A stretch of 64,000 nt of DNA, taken from the NCBI GenBank assembly GCA_020137815.1, contig CM035361.1:62001-126000 (forward strand), written 5' to 3'. Shown piece by piece: positions 48,301-59,499 of this stretch. The notes beneath the pieces are model-generated. The model had not been told where the DNA came from. It did not search any database and worked only from the letters and a program-made list of their open reading frames with translations. The stretch's first letter is position 1. Each line of letters opens with the position of its first letter. The DNA is from Hormiphora californensis (lineage: Eukaryota > Animalia > Ctenophora). Made by a program: the position numbers and the translations under genes.

Positions 48301-51300
48301 ATCAGGATATACACCAAGCTAATAAACTATATAACTGCCCTGAGAGCAGCTACAGTAAGTTAATACTAAATAGTTTCCATGGAATATATTAGAAACCTTG
48401 AACAGCTCTAACATACACCACGCCCTATTAAACAGTACAAATCATGCTATAACACACACCCCCTACATAGGATCACCGAGTCAACAGGAAACAGATGTAT
48501 ATGAATACCGGCCCAATCGTCACGTTACAAACTCAATTGATAGTTTTATGATAACGGGGGGAACCCAGGACACTACAGAACCCCTCTGTTTGGATGGGAT
48601 GACTTATCAAGGTAAGAAACTACAGAACACCTCTGTTTGGATGGGATGACTTATCAAGGTAAGAAACTACAGAACACCTCTGTTTGGATGGGATGACTTA
48701 TCAAGGTAAGAAACTACAAAACCCCTCTGTTTGGATGGGATGACTTATCAAGGTAAGAAACTACAGAACCCCTCTGTTTGGATGGGATGACTTATCAAGG
48801 TAAGAAACTACAGAACACCTCTGTTTGGATGGGATGACTTATCAAGGTAAGAAACTACAGAACACCTCTGTTTGGATGGGATGACTTATCAAGGTAAGAA
48901 ACTACAAAACCCCTCTGTTTGGATGGGATGACTTATCAAGGTAAGAAACTACAGAACCCCTCTGTTTGGATGGGATGACTTATCAAGGTAAGAAACTACA
49001 GAACCCCTCTGTTTGGATGGGATGACTTATTAAGGTAAGAAACTACAGTATCCCTCTGTTTGGATGGGATGACTTATCAAGGTAAGAAACTACAGAACCC
49101 CTCTGTTTGGATGGGATGACTTATCAAGGTAAGAAACTACAGAACACCTCTGTTTGGATGGGATGACTTATCAAGGTAAGAAACTACAGAACCCCTCTGT
49201 TTGGATGGGATGACTTATCAAGGTAAGAAACTACAGAACCCCTCTGTTTGGATGGGATGACTTATCAAGGTAAGAAACTACAGACCCCCTCTGTTTGGAT
49301 GGGATGACTTATCAAGGTAAGAAACTACAGAACCCCTCTGTTTGGATGGGATGACTTATCAAGGTAAGAAACTACAGTATCCCTCTGTTTGGATGGGATG
49401 ACTTATCAAGGTAAGAAACTACAGAACCCCTCTGTTTGGATGGGATGACTTATCAAGGTAAGAAACTACAGAACCCCTCTGTTTGGATGGGATGACTTAT
49501 CAAGGTAAGAAACTACAGTATCCCTCTGTTTGGATGGGATGACTTATCAAGGTAGGAAACTACAGAACCCCTCTGTTTGGATGGGATGACTTATCAAGGT
49601 AAGAAACTACAGAACCCCTCTGTTTGGATGGGATGACTTATCAAGGTAAGAAACTACAGAACCCCTCTGTTTGGATGGGATGACTTATCAAGGTAAGAAA
49701 CTACAGAACCCCTATGTTTGATGGGATGACTTATCAAGGTAAGAAACTACAGAACCCCTCTGTTTGGATGGGATGACTTATCAAGGTACAAATCAAAGAA
49801 ACTCGAATTGCACCTTAAGGTATCAAGGCAATCTGATCCCCCAATAGAATGAAATAGAACTACACCTTGTGGCTATAAACGTTATTTCTTGGAAAGGGGG
49901 AACTTCGAGATTGATAAATGAGCGGTTACAGATCTTGGGTTCTAGAAGGTTTTAATAAATCACAAAATGTTTAACAAGTGTATGATTTGATCCAGAACAA
50001 GCGTTCTGACAGCAACAGTGGTGTTATAAGAAAGGTTTTGTCTTCCCTTAAATGGATAAATTGTAGAGAAAACATTTGCAGACCTTGACAGGCGACAGCT
50101 GATTATGATGATCAACGCTATAATTGTATATTTTAAATTTAGTATATTTCATAATCATGATAATTACATCGACTAATTTATTACAAGTGTTATCCAAATC
50201 ATGATATTTCAGGTAATCAGGTTTTAGTGACGGGATGTGGCCTGAGTAAGAGCAGTCAGAAATGGAGTTGGACCAGCAACTATCAACTCAGAAACGAAGG
50301 TAATGTTGAATCACGTGCAAGATATTGCAATACAATTAAAATGTTATGATACCTTGTAAAAGATATGATCTTGATTGAATGATGAATGAATGGGCCCATA
50401 TGAGTTGTGAAGACCCCCTCTTCCACAGGGCTAACTCTGTGCCTGTCAGTGGAGGATGGAGCCAAGCTAGGTGATCCTGGAGACGTGCCAATTCGGATGG
50501 TTGCCTGCGATGCAAATGAAGATAGACAGAAGTGGGTAGGTGATCCCATTTAGCACAGGATAACCACTTTACTACCCCTTGAAAATGTGCCACAGATTTG
50601 TAACGGAGGGACGTTGAAGAATATTGCATTGGAGAAGTGTGTTAATGCCGGCTGGACGGCCCTGAAAAAAAGTTATATGATAGCTGTATCGGAATGTGAT
50701 GTGGGAGATATTAAACAGGTACCTTGGCACCATGCCCGCTCTGATTAATGATGTTTCTATATCACGCTTGTACACAAACATGCATGGGGAGGGCTATGGC
50801 GCTAATCTCGATGGTTCATGAAAGTAACACACATGTTTAGGTGCTAAGTGTATACACTATGGGACGACGCTACGAGCCAGTGTGTCATCGTTGGACTGTA
50901 GCTGGCCCTAAACCAGAGTGCTATGATGAAACTACTAAGAGCATCTCATATCTCGGTAAAAAGAGAATATCATTTCATATTTAAGAGGGTCTGAACTTCT
51001 AACCGCCCCAACTAGTTGGGTAGTTGCCCCGAGGTTTTCTCTACATTGATATACTGACAGTCCACATGATATCGACAGGATGCAGGAAACAAAACAAGAA
51101 CTACGCAATGATCGGATACGAGAAAAGAGGGAAAAGGAACAATCTAAAGGCGATCAGAGATATCAATTGTTGTCAGCTTGTTAACACTACAGGTACAAGA
51201 TCTTTATTCATGTGTATACTGTTGCCTAACAGCTGTTATTCTCACCCTGAGAGTTTTAACAGTGTTATATCTTCAGGAAACATAAGAAAGACGGTGATTC

Positions 51301-52444
51301 GAAATATAGTAAGCCCCGGGACTTCTGAGTGTCCAGAAGGATACTTCGTACAAGGTATTGAGTTGTAAAAAATTATAATTAGGACGCTGATTCCCCGCTG
51401 TTTTTCTAGCGCTGATTAACTCTCCTTCTCTTTTACTTGCACGGGCAAAGCACAGATATACACCTTTTGATTCGCCTGACAACATACAATGAACATTTCA
51501 AGTTTCTTTTACCCATTCATGCTTTCCACTTGTATATCAAATTCCCACTAGAACATCCATTTATGAACATCACGTGACACGCATCCATGAATTATATGGG
51601 CAACACGTCGCACACATCCATATATGGGCAACACGTCGCACACATCCATGTATATGGCCAACACGTCGCACACATCCATATATGGACAACACGTCGCACA
51701 CATCCATATATGGGCAACATGTGGGATCAATTATCTTTAGATTTTGTGTTTCAGGCTTTGGAACGGGCCCATCTACAGGTGACTTTTGCACCTAATACAT
51801 ATTTTGTGTCTGTAAACACCGTGCATCAGCATGTATTTTGCTCCTCTTTGCCTTTTCTTTAAATATGTTTGCATGTATCGACGTATCGTCTTTTCCAATA
51901 GATTGCAAGTTTTCATTCAGACTTTAACCCAGACAATATAAGGTAAAACTAAACATAAAAAGGCCCTCGGTTAGCTCTTTTCATACAATCAAACATTCCG
52001 GTTTCTGGGTAGACCTTTTTAAGTTAAGTTTTACTTTTATTGCTTTGACCTCTCCCTCTGTTCATAGTCCCAGCTCTTCCTATACCTAATATCTCCCTTT
52101 CAAAAGGTGTCAATCTATACAAAACGAAGCAGAGGAATCTGAAAGCACTGGCGTATTTACATTGTAGCATGCCGAGTGAGAACATAAAATACCAAAACTG
52201 CTATTGGGACACCCTAAGAACAGCGGTGAGTTGATGGTGACTGTTTTCTATTGTTTAGAAGAGTTACACCAGCATATAAACTGATCCCCTATTATTATAG
52301 GACCAGCAGAGAGGGATGAATTCTTGTTCCCGTGGTGGATTCTTCCTAGCTGGAATAAAGAAGAAATCCTGCAACAGATTAAACTGCATCACAGCAATCA
52401 AGTGTTGTTCGGTGAAGCATCTCTCCACCAACTACACTTGGTGA
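45348..52444 (+). CDS. Secreted astacin (M12A) zinc metalloprotease with a ricin-B/QxW domain and C-terminal Cys-rich triple repeat, 19 exons, 655 aa
   Basis: Exons 45348-45417, 45938-45997, 46242-46370, 46808-46877, 46961-47040, 47172-47289, 47425-47528, 47795-47875, 47939-48057, 48246-48354, 48471-48611, 50213-50299, 50429-50535, 50596-50718, 50841-50955, 51079-51192, 51277-51354, 52107-52225 and 52301-52444; all phase-compatible. Motifs IQGDM (pro), [56 protein letters not shown], two QKW. The first three exons are less certain. Confidence 0.9.
48572..49788 (+). repeat. 47-bp minisatellite, ~26 copies, spanning the astacin exon 11 donor site
   Basis: Unit ACTACAGAACCCCTCTGTTTGGATGGGATGACTTATCAAG|GTAAGAA. 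Confidence 0.97.
51594..51720. repeat. ~29-31 bp tandem repeat (GGGCAACACGTCGCACACATCCATATAT) x~4 in an astacin intron
   Basis: Read directly from the sequence. Confidence 0.85.
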
Positions 52445-53221
52445 ATTGCTGACAAACCTCCCTAAACTAAGATCTATGTGCTGCTGTTGACAGTCAAAAC
52501 GAACTGAACTACCCCAAAATATGAGAAATTGGTCATTATTGGCGTGATCACCCGTCAACATCGATTTGTTGGCAAATGTTTCTGGTAGCTTGAATGTTAA
52601 AAGAAGCAGTGTGGTGCTAGAAGAGTAGAAGGTAATTGCCAATTACTAATTGGAAGAAACTTTTGTAAACATTATTTGTTGAATATATGTATCTATATGA
52701 TATCTTTTTCCGTTTAAAATTTTTGAGCTGCAACTAAACGCCTTTAATTTGAAAAGGGTCATCAGATCATATCATATTACCTTAGTCAGGATCAAATCAT
52801 CCCTCTAGGATCAGATCACATACCACCCAGGATTTGGTGACATAGACATAGACACCGTGCGCGACCAAGATTGAGCCAGGTGTCTATATGTCACCAAACC
52901 CAGGATCAGATCTCACATACAGTCGGACCCCGATTTACCGGAACCCCTATTTACCGGGAGGATAATCTTGCCCTGAAATAGGAAATAAACAATATTTGAC
53001 CCCAATATACCGGGCCCGGCCGGGCACCCCGATTTACCGGGCAAAACCCTTTCCCCCGAGTATCCCGGTAAATCGGGGTCCAACTGTACCAACCCCTGGG
53101 TCCTGGGATTTACCAAAATTGGACATTTTATTGTTATATGTGAGCACCAATAGTTTTACTCTCAAATAGGACTTCCAAATGCATGAAAATGCATGAAAAT
53201 CTGTTAAAATGTATTTAAAAA

Positions 53222-54320
53222 ATTCTACCTCTGTCTACCGGAAACCTACACATACCAACCTCTATCTCAAGTACAACTCCTCTACTCCTGCCTCTACACG
53301 CCGCTCTGTTATCCAATCCTTAACCCGTCGGGCCTACAACATCTGTTCTCCCCAACATCTCGAAGAGGAACTCGACACAGTCTACAACATCTGTCTCTGC
53401 AATGGATTTCCTCCCTACGAGATCTCCATTCTGATGTCTACTGTTCGGGACCGCCTTCTACACCCCAAACCGTCTAAATCCCGTCCTCCTTCTTCCTTCG
53501 TCCACCGTGTAGTCCTACCCTATCACCCGGACCTCTCCTCTCGACTCAAACGGACCCTCAACCGCTACAACATAGACGTCACCTTCTCTTCCTCTTCTAC
53601 CCTACGGAACATCCTCACCCAGACCAAATCTTCGCCTCCTTCTGATAGTACTCCCAACTCCATCTACTCCATTCCCTGCCGCGACTGCTCATCCTTCTAC
53701 GTTGGCCAGACCAAGCGACCAGTTAAAACTCGGATTAAGGAACACGAATCAAACTTCTACAACAACTCTCTCTACAACACCGATGGGAAGATGAAATCTG
53801 CTCCTGCTATCCACGCTCGGGAATCTGGACATACCATGGACTGGAATTCTACCTCTATCCTCTCCTCTTCTTCCTCCTGCCTCAGTCTAAATCTACTGGA
53901 ACAAGCGGCTATTCACACTCTTCAACCGGCGATTAACCGAACAGATAAAGTTCCTACTGTCAACCTCCAATGGACTCACCTTCTCCCCAGGATTGCTAAC
54001 TCCTTCAAACCCCGTCCTGCTGGCATCTCCATCAAACCTAGATCTCCCAAACCTGTTTCCTAATTCTCTTCAGCTCGGATCACCTCTTCTCCCTTCCCGT
54101 GGATCACCTCCCCCATCCCCTCCTCTCGGATCGCATCTTCCTTCTCGGATCTCATCCCTTCCTCTCTCCTCCCCTCCCCGGATCCCATATCCTCTTCTCC
54201 ACTACATAAACACTTTCATTTTCATTGTTGTTATAGCTGAAGACGTCTGACATAGATCAGTCGAAAGCTCCTGTTCTTAATTGAATATTAGTACTGCAAA
54301 ATCGTTGTTTCTCTTTAATT
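53222..54320 (+). mobile_element. Penelope-like retroelement, 5'-truncated (RT C-terminus plus GIY-YIG endonuclease)
   Basis: ORF 53209-54063: VYRKPTHT, NGFP, LPY, IYSIPCRDCSSFYVGQTKR, RIKEH; C/T-rich 3' region with a hammerhead. Confidence 0.92.
54233..54274 (+). ncRNA. Minimal hammerhead ribozyme (Penelope type)
   Basis: AUAG-CUGAAGA-stem II (CUGA/UCAG)-GAAAGCUC-CUGU; palindromic AGCU stem III; AUAG/CUGU stem I. Confidence 0.7.
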
Positions 54321-55125
54321 TAAATGCCAGGTTGTTTATGGACATTTATAGCTCTATACATGCTGTATACACGACTGCGCGCTAAAAACCAACTGCTAAC
54401 AAATTGTTTTCAATACAAGAGACACAGCGCGCGTTCCAGATATCCAGGAATTGTAAACATTCGGTTCATTGGTCAACTTGATGCAGTCTCGTGACACTAC
54501 CTATATTTAATATTAACAGCCAAGGCTAGAATAGTGCGTGTAGTAGAAACTATTACATGTGATAACTGGCATGTGTTTTAAACCCTATCAAAACTCGAAT
54601 GATTTACCGCTAACCCCCTGCAGCAGTCAGCAGTGGAATAAAAGGACAAACGCACAGTAAATCGAAATTCGAAAACTTCGTTATTATTTCCAAATGTCTA
54701 TCTACCAGTTCAGGCATGAGATGGGCATAAGATCTCTCTTTTTAATCAGGAAACAGATAGAAGGAGAGAGGGAGATGGTGATCATAGAGCAAGTACCAAA
54801 CTGGAACTTGGCCAGGTGTCCAGGTAGAGAAAACTATCATAACAACAATTTAAAAGTGGTAAAACAAAAGTTGTTACTTAAAAAACATTGGAAAATAAAA
54901 TCTTTTGTGTTATTATCATCCCCTATAATATAATGGTGGGTGTTTGAAAATAGCGGAAAATGGTGCTCTATGTGGTTTTATCTCCCTTCCATCAGAGTCC
55001 ACAGTATCACAATCAAATGTTCTATACCCTTCTACATAATTCTGTGGTTTTTCTTCCGAGAGTTTCAATAAAATCTTTCAGTTTGTTCTCTCTCTTTCTT
55101 TCCCTCTATATCTTCTCCTAATCCA

Positions 55126-57932
55126 TTATTTATCAGAGAGAATGCATTTCACTTCGTATCTTGTAACATCTCCAGTTCTCTCGTCATAAGTGTGTACCTG
55201 GGAGATTATAGAGTATAATATATACTTGAGAAATAGTAGAGCCTGGGAGATTATATACTTGAGAAATAGTAGAGCCTGGGAGATTATAAACTTGAGAAAT
55301 AGTAGAGCCTGGGAGATTATATACTTGAGAAATAGTAGAGCCTGGGAGATTATAGACTTGAGAAATAGTAGAGCCTGGGAGATTATATACTTGAGAAATA
55401 GTAGAGCCTGGGAGATTATAGACTTGAGAAATAGCAGAGCCTGGGATATTATATACTTGAGAAATAGTAGAGCCTGGGAGATTATATACTTGAGAAATAG
55501 TAGAGCCTGGGAGATTATAGACTTGAGAAATAGTAGAGCCTGGGAGATTATAGACTTGAGAAATAGTAGATCCTGGGAGATTATAGACTTGAGAAATAGT
55601 AGAGCCTGGGAGATTATAGACTTGAGAAATAGTAGAGCCTGGGAGATTATAGACTTGAGAAATAGTAGAGCCTGGGAGATTATATACTTGAGAAATAGTA
55701 GAGCCTGGGAGATTATAGACTTGAGAAATAGTAGATCCTGGGAGATTATATACTTGAGAAATAGTAGAGCCTGGGAGATTATAGACTTGAGAAATAGCAG
55801 AGCCTGGGATATTATATACTTGAGAAATAGTAGAGCCTGGGAGATTATATACTTGAGAAATAGTAGAGCCTGGGAGATTATAGACTTGAGAAATAGTAGA
55901 GCCTGGGAGATTATATACTTGAGAAATAGTAGAGCCTGGGAGATTATATACTTGAGAAATAGTAGAGCCTGGGAGATTATAGACTTGAGAAATAGTAGAT
56001 CCTGGGAGATTATAGACTTGAGAAATAGTAGAGCCTGGGAGATTATAGACTTGAGAAATAGTAGAGCCTGGGAGATTATATACTTGAGAAATAGTAGAGC
56101 CTGGGAGATTATATACTTGAGAAATAGTAGAGCCTATAAAATATTGCTGGCTGTGTGCAGCAGGTGTTCGGTGTGCAGATGTCACACATTACACACAATG
56201 ACAGGTTATTTTAAGCCGCCATACGGCCACACGACCACACATTATCCCATGTTGGGGAGTATGAAATATTCATGAGCAGAATTATATGCAGCTTCATACC
56301 GTTACTGAATACATGGTAGAATATTCTTGGCTTCTCCGGAATTATTTGTTTTGCATAAAAATAAATGAGAATTCTAACTCGAATTGACTTCAGCCCCTCA
56401 GACACGCCTACAAATCTAATAACTACATTAAAATTTTGATAACTCACCATTTTGTAGGGTGGGAAGTAACAGTGCAGTGTAACACATGTATCAGTGTCAC
56501 TATCATTTGACATCCTGTGGATACCTGCAGGGTGTGGCCTTATTTGAGACGAAAATAATAACACTTTTGGATGATGACATAGTTGTTGCATAATATCATC
56601 GTGTTACATTTGTTGTTACTAGATCATGTACGCTCAATAAATGCGGTAACTATGGCGTGCTCAGTCCCTTTATCTCCCAAGGGAGAAAAGGGACTCATGG
56701 TTTGGGTTACGTACCGAGAGAGTCGTTAATGTGACCAACATCGCCCTCCTCTAGAGTCATTTCACTGGCCACTCTCAGGTTATCTCCACAACTCTCTGGC
56801 ATCTCAAACCTGGGTTAGGGAGTTAGCTGTTAGGGGTTAGGGAGTTAGCTGTTAGGGGTTAGGGGGTTAGGGGTTAGGGGTTAGGGGTTAGGGGTTAGGG
56901 GTTAGGGGGTTAGGGGTTAGGGGTTAGGGGTTAGGGAGTTAGCTGTTAGGGGGTTAGGGAGTTAGCTGTTAGGGCCTATGGGGTTAGGGGTTAGGGGTTA
57001 GGGGGTTAGGGGTTAGCTGTTAGGGAGTTAGGGAGTTAGCTGTTAGGGAGTTAGGGAGTTAGGGAGTTAGCTGTTAGAGCCTATGGGGTTAGGGGGTTAG
57101 GGGGTTAGGGGTTAGGGGTTAGGGGTTAGGGGTTAGGGGTTAGGGGTTAGGGGTTAGGGGTTAGGGGTTAGGGGTTAGGGGTTAGGGGTTAGGGGTTAGG
57201 GGTTAGGGGTTAGGGGTTAGGGGTTAGGGGTTAGGGGTTAGGGGTTAGGGGTTAGGGGTTAGTGGTTAGGGGTTAGGGGTTAGGGGTTAGGGGTTAGGGG
57301 TTAGGGGTTAGGGGTTAGGGGTTAGGGGTTAGGGACTAGTGGGTTAGGGAGTTAGGTATCAGTAGAGGGTTAGGTATCAGTAGAGGGTTTAAGGGAGTTA
57401 GGACGTAGTGCAGTTATAACAAGGTACATCCGGGGTATGTTACACCTCCTTTACCCCGTGTGTGTGTTATGTCTAGGTTACAACATTCCCAACAGTGCCC
57501 ATCACATATAATAGGGGCAGCCCAGGTGTATTGCACATTCTCTAGGGGCAGACCAAGTGTGCAGTGTATTTTGTGCATACCTTGTTTCTGTGATCTCGCC
57601 CTCACACACTTTGAACATACACTCGGACGCGGGATGGTCATGGATTGGAGTTCCCTGTCCCGTGTTCCAGCACACAATCACTAAGTTGTACCTGAAGAGA
57701 GGGGGTGCTGGTTAGTTAGAGGTTTACAAGAGAAAAACTTATTACGATCGTTTGATATTTGTATAAGGGGGGCCGGGGGCGACTTTTAGGCCACTAGGCC
57801 AGTGATCGCAATTTCTTACACTGGTCAGTATCCCTCGGTAAAGTAGTTTTCTCTCTCTCTCTCTAGGCCAGCTCATATAAGGGCTTAAATAAACACTCAA
57901 CTCGACAACTCGGGTATGTCGAAATAGAAGGA

Positions 57933-57968
<36 letters not shown>

Positions 57969-59090
57969 AAGTAAAAAGAACCTTGGTGACGCAGTCACCC
58001 TTACAACTCCCGCGCTTAGCACAGTAAAACGAGGCTTGCGACGCCTTGCGTAGCCGGAAGCAGGCCGAGTTGTATGGTGACTCAGTGACTGCACCACCAA
58101 AAAGGACCATACTATGGTACATAGCCACTACAATACTGGAATGAGTTGTTGGTGCCTCTGTAAAGCGAGTTGTGTAAAATATCATTTGAATGATTATACG
58201 TGTATTGGGGAAGCCTGTCTCAGTCTGGCTGTCAAACTATAGTGTAATAATTACTAATGTATCTTTCTCTCTCTTTCTTTCTTTTTCTCTTTCTTTCTCC
58301 TTCTCTCTCTTTCTTTCTCTCTCTCCCTCTCTCTTTCCCCGACTTAGTCGACTTACATCTCATCATCTTCACTAGGTAAAACAATCAGTGAATCTGCTAA
58401 AAGGTTTTATCCCACATACAATATGCGTGTGTCAGATGTCTAAATGTGACATGTGTTTAAACATGCGTTGGACTGCGTGTGTCTTCTATTATAACAAATG
58501 AACATACGCAATTCAGGCCTGAAGCACAGACTAAGGGGTTAGTTGGTTGGATTATTTGAAGACAAAATGTCAAAAAGATAAATTATCCGCATCGCGTGTG
58601 AAAATAATGGTACTACATTGCTTTACTCGACTTCTCTCAGTGGTAATATATACTGTTGCTTTGCTCAACTCTCTCTCACCACGATCCACGACAAAAACTT
58701 TAAAGGAGGAACAATGGTTGGAACTAAATAATGATAATAATCTTGGTTATAATCTTTCAGTGGATGACAACAACAATTTACCTGTCATTTCCCTGGTCAA
58801 TTACAACCCTGTAGTAGGCGTGATCGTTGAATTGACAATGTGTCTTCCACTCCCCACTGTGATGGTCGTAACTGTTGGAGAGGAAGTTTGAAAAAGTAGC
58901 TTGACCATTATAATAAATACATTTAACATGTTTCATCATACATTTCAATGCATGATGAAACATGTTAAAGTATGATCTTCATTGATTCTTACTTTTCAAG
59001 AATTGCTCCGACGGCTTTAGTAGTCCATTTATCAGTTGCAAATTCCTCTCTGAGGGCTGCTTTCACCTCCGACAAGGTAAATTTTGTCAT
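55126..59090 (-). CDS. CDO1: Cysteine dioxygenase type 1, 6 exons, 180 aa
   Basis: Exons 59090-58993, 58871-58782, 57691-57581, 56809-56715, 56524-56448 and 55197-55126. Motifs YYRVVIDQGN, CWNTGQGTPIHDHPASEC, INDSLGIHRM, TLHCYFPP, YDERTG. The 3-His iron site and the Cys and Tyr of the cofactor are present. Confidence 0.93.
55198..56136. repeat. 33-bp minisatellite, ~28 copies, abutting the last CDO acceptor
   Basis: Unit CCTGGGAGATTATAKACTTGAGAAATAGTAGAG. Confidence 0.97.
56812..57400. repeat. Telomere-like (TTAGGGG)n array within CDO intron 3
   Basis: Pure tract ~57100-57333 with degenerate GGGAGTTAGCTGTTA units toward the acceptor. Confidence 0.95.
57981..58100. mobile_element. Small MITE (CTTGGTGAC...CACCAA)
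   Basis: Related copies at ~4190-4296 and ~5219-5301. Confidence 0.65.
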
Positions 59091-59329
59091 TACATAAATA
59101 GTATCTAGGAAACTGAGATTTAGTAAATATCCAATTGTGATATTAATGGACAACTGAGACAATGAAGTTATTGCAGAGAAATTGTTTCGTCGATCATCAC
59201 CATCATCAAATTAATTTGTTTGAAGAAGATTTGAACAGTTTCCTGTTTCAAGCGTTAAAAAGTTGCAAGGGGGTCGCCATATAGTGTACCTATCAAAGTT
59301 TAAGTAGGGTTTGAGTAAATGATGCGCCA

Positions 59330-59480
59330 GATCCAAGAGTGCACCACATCCAGAAGAGACCACATCCAAGAGTGCACCACATCCAGAAGAGACCATATCC
59401 AAGAGCGCACCACATCCAAGAGATACCGCTCTTGGAGTGGTCTCTTCTGGATGTGGTGTGCTCTTGGTTGTGGTGCACTC
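59330..59480. repeat. 32-bp tandem units followed by their inverted copy (hairpin)
   Basis: ATCCAAGAGTGCACCACATCCAGAAGAGACCAC x2-3, then its reverse complement. Confidence 0.8.
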
Positions 59481-59499
59481 TTCCTATCTTATCTCGATT

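Noticed and set aside
48572-49788. CRISPR-like array
   Set aside because: No unique spacers, eukaryotic context and no cas genes
48590-50955. Kringle domains suggested by CLDGMTYQG and ECY..SYLG
   Set aside because: The following exons give ricin QxW repeats and CC-ended repeats, with no kringle NYCRNPD/PWC motifs
45348-52444. Tolloid/BMP1 orthologue
   Set aside because: No CUB or EGF domains found
55184-56275. 333-aa and 361-aa repeat ORFs on both strands as independent genes
   Set aside because: They are by-products of a stop-poor 33-bp minisatellite inside a CDO intron; no independent gene features
56812-57400. True chromosome end
   Set aside because: It lies inside an intron of an intact gene with unique sequence on both sides
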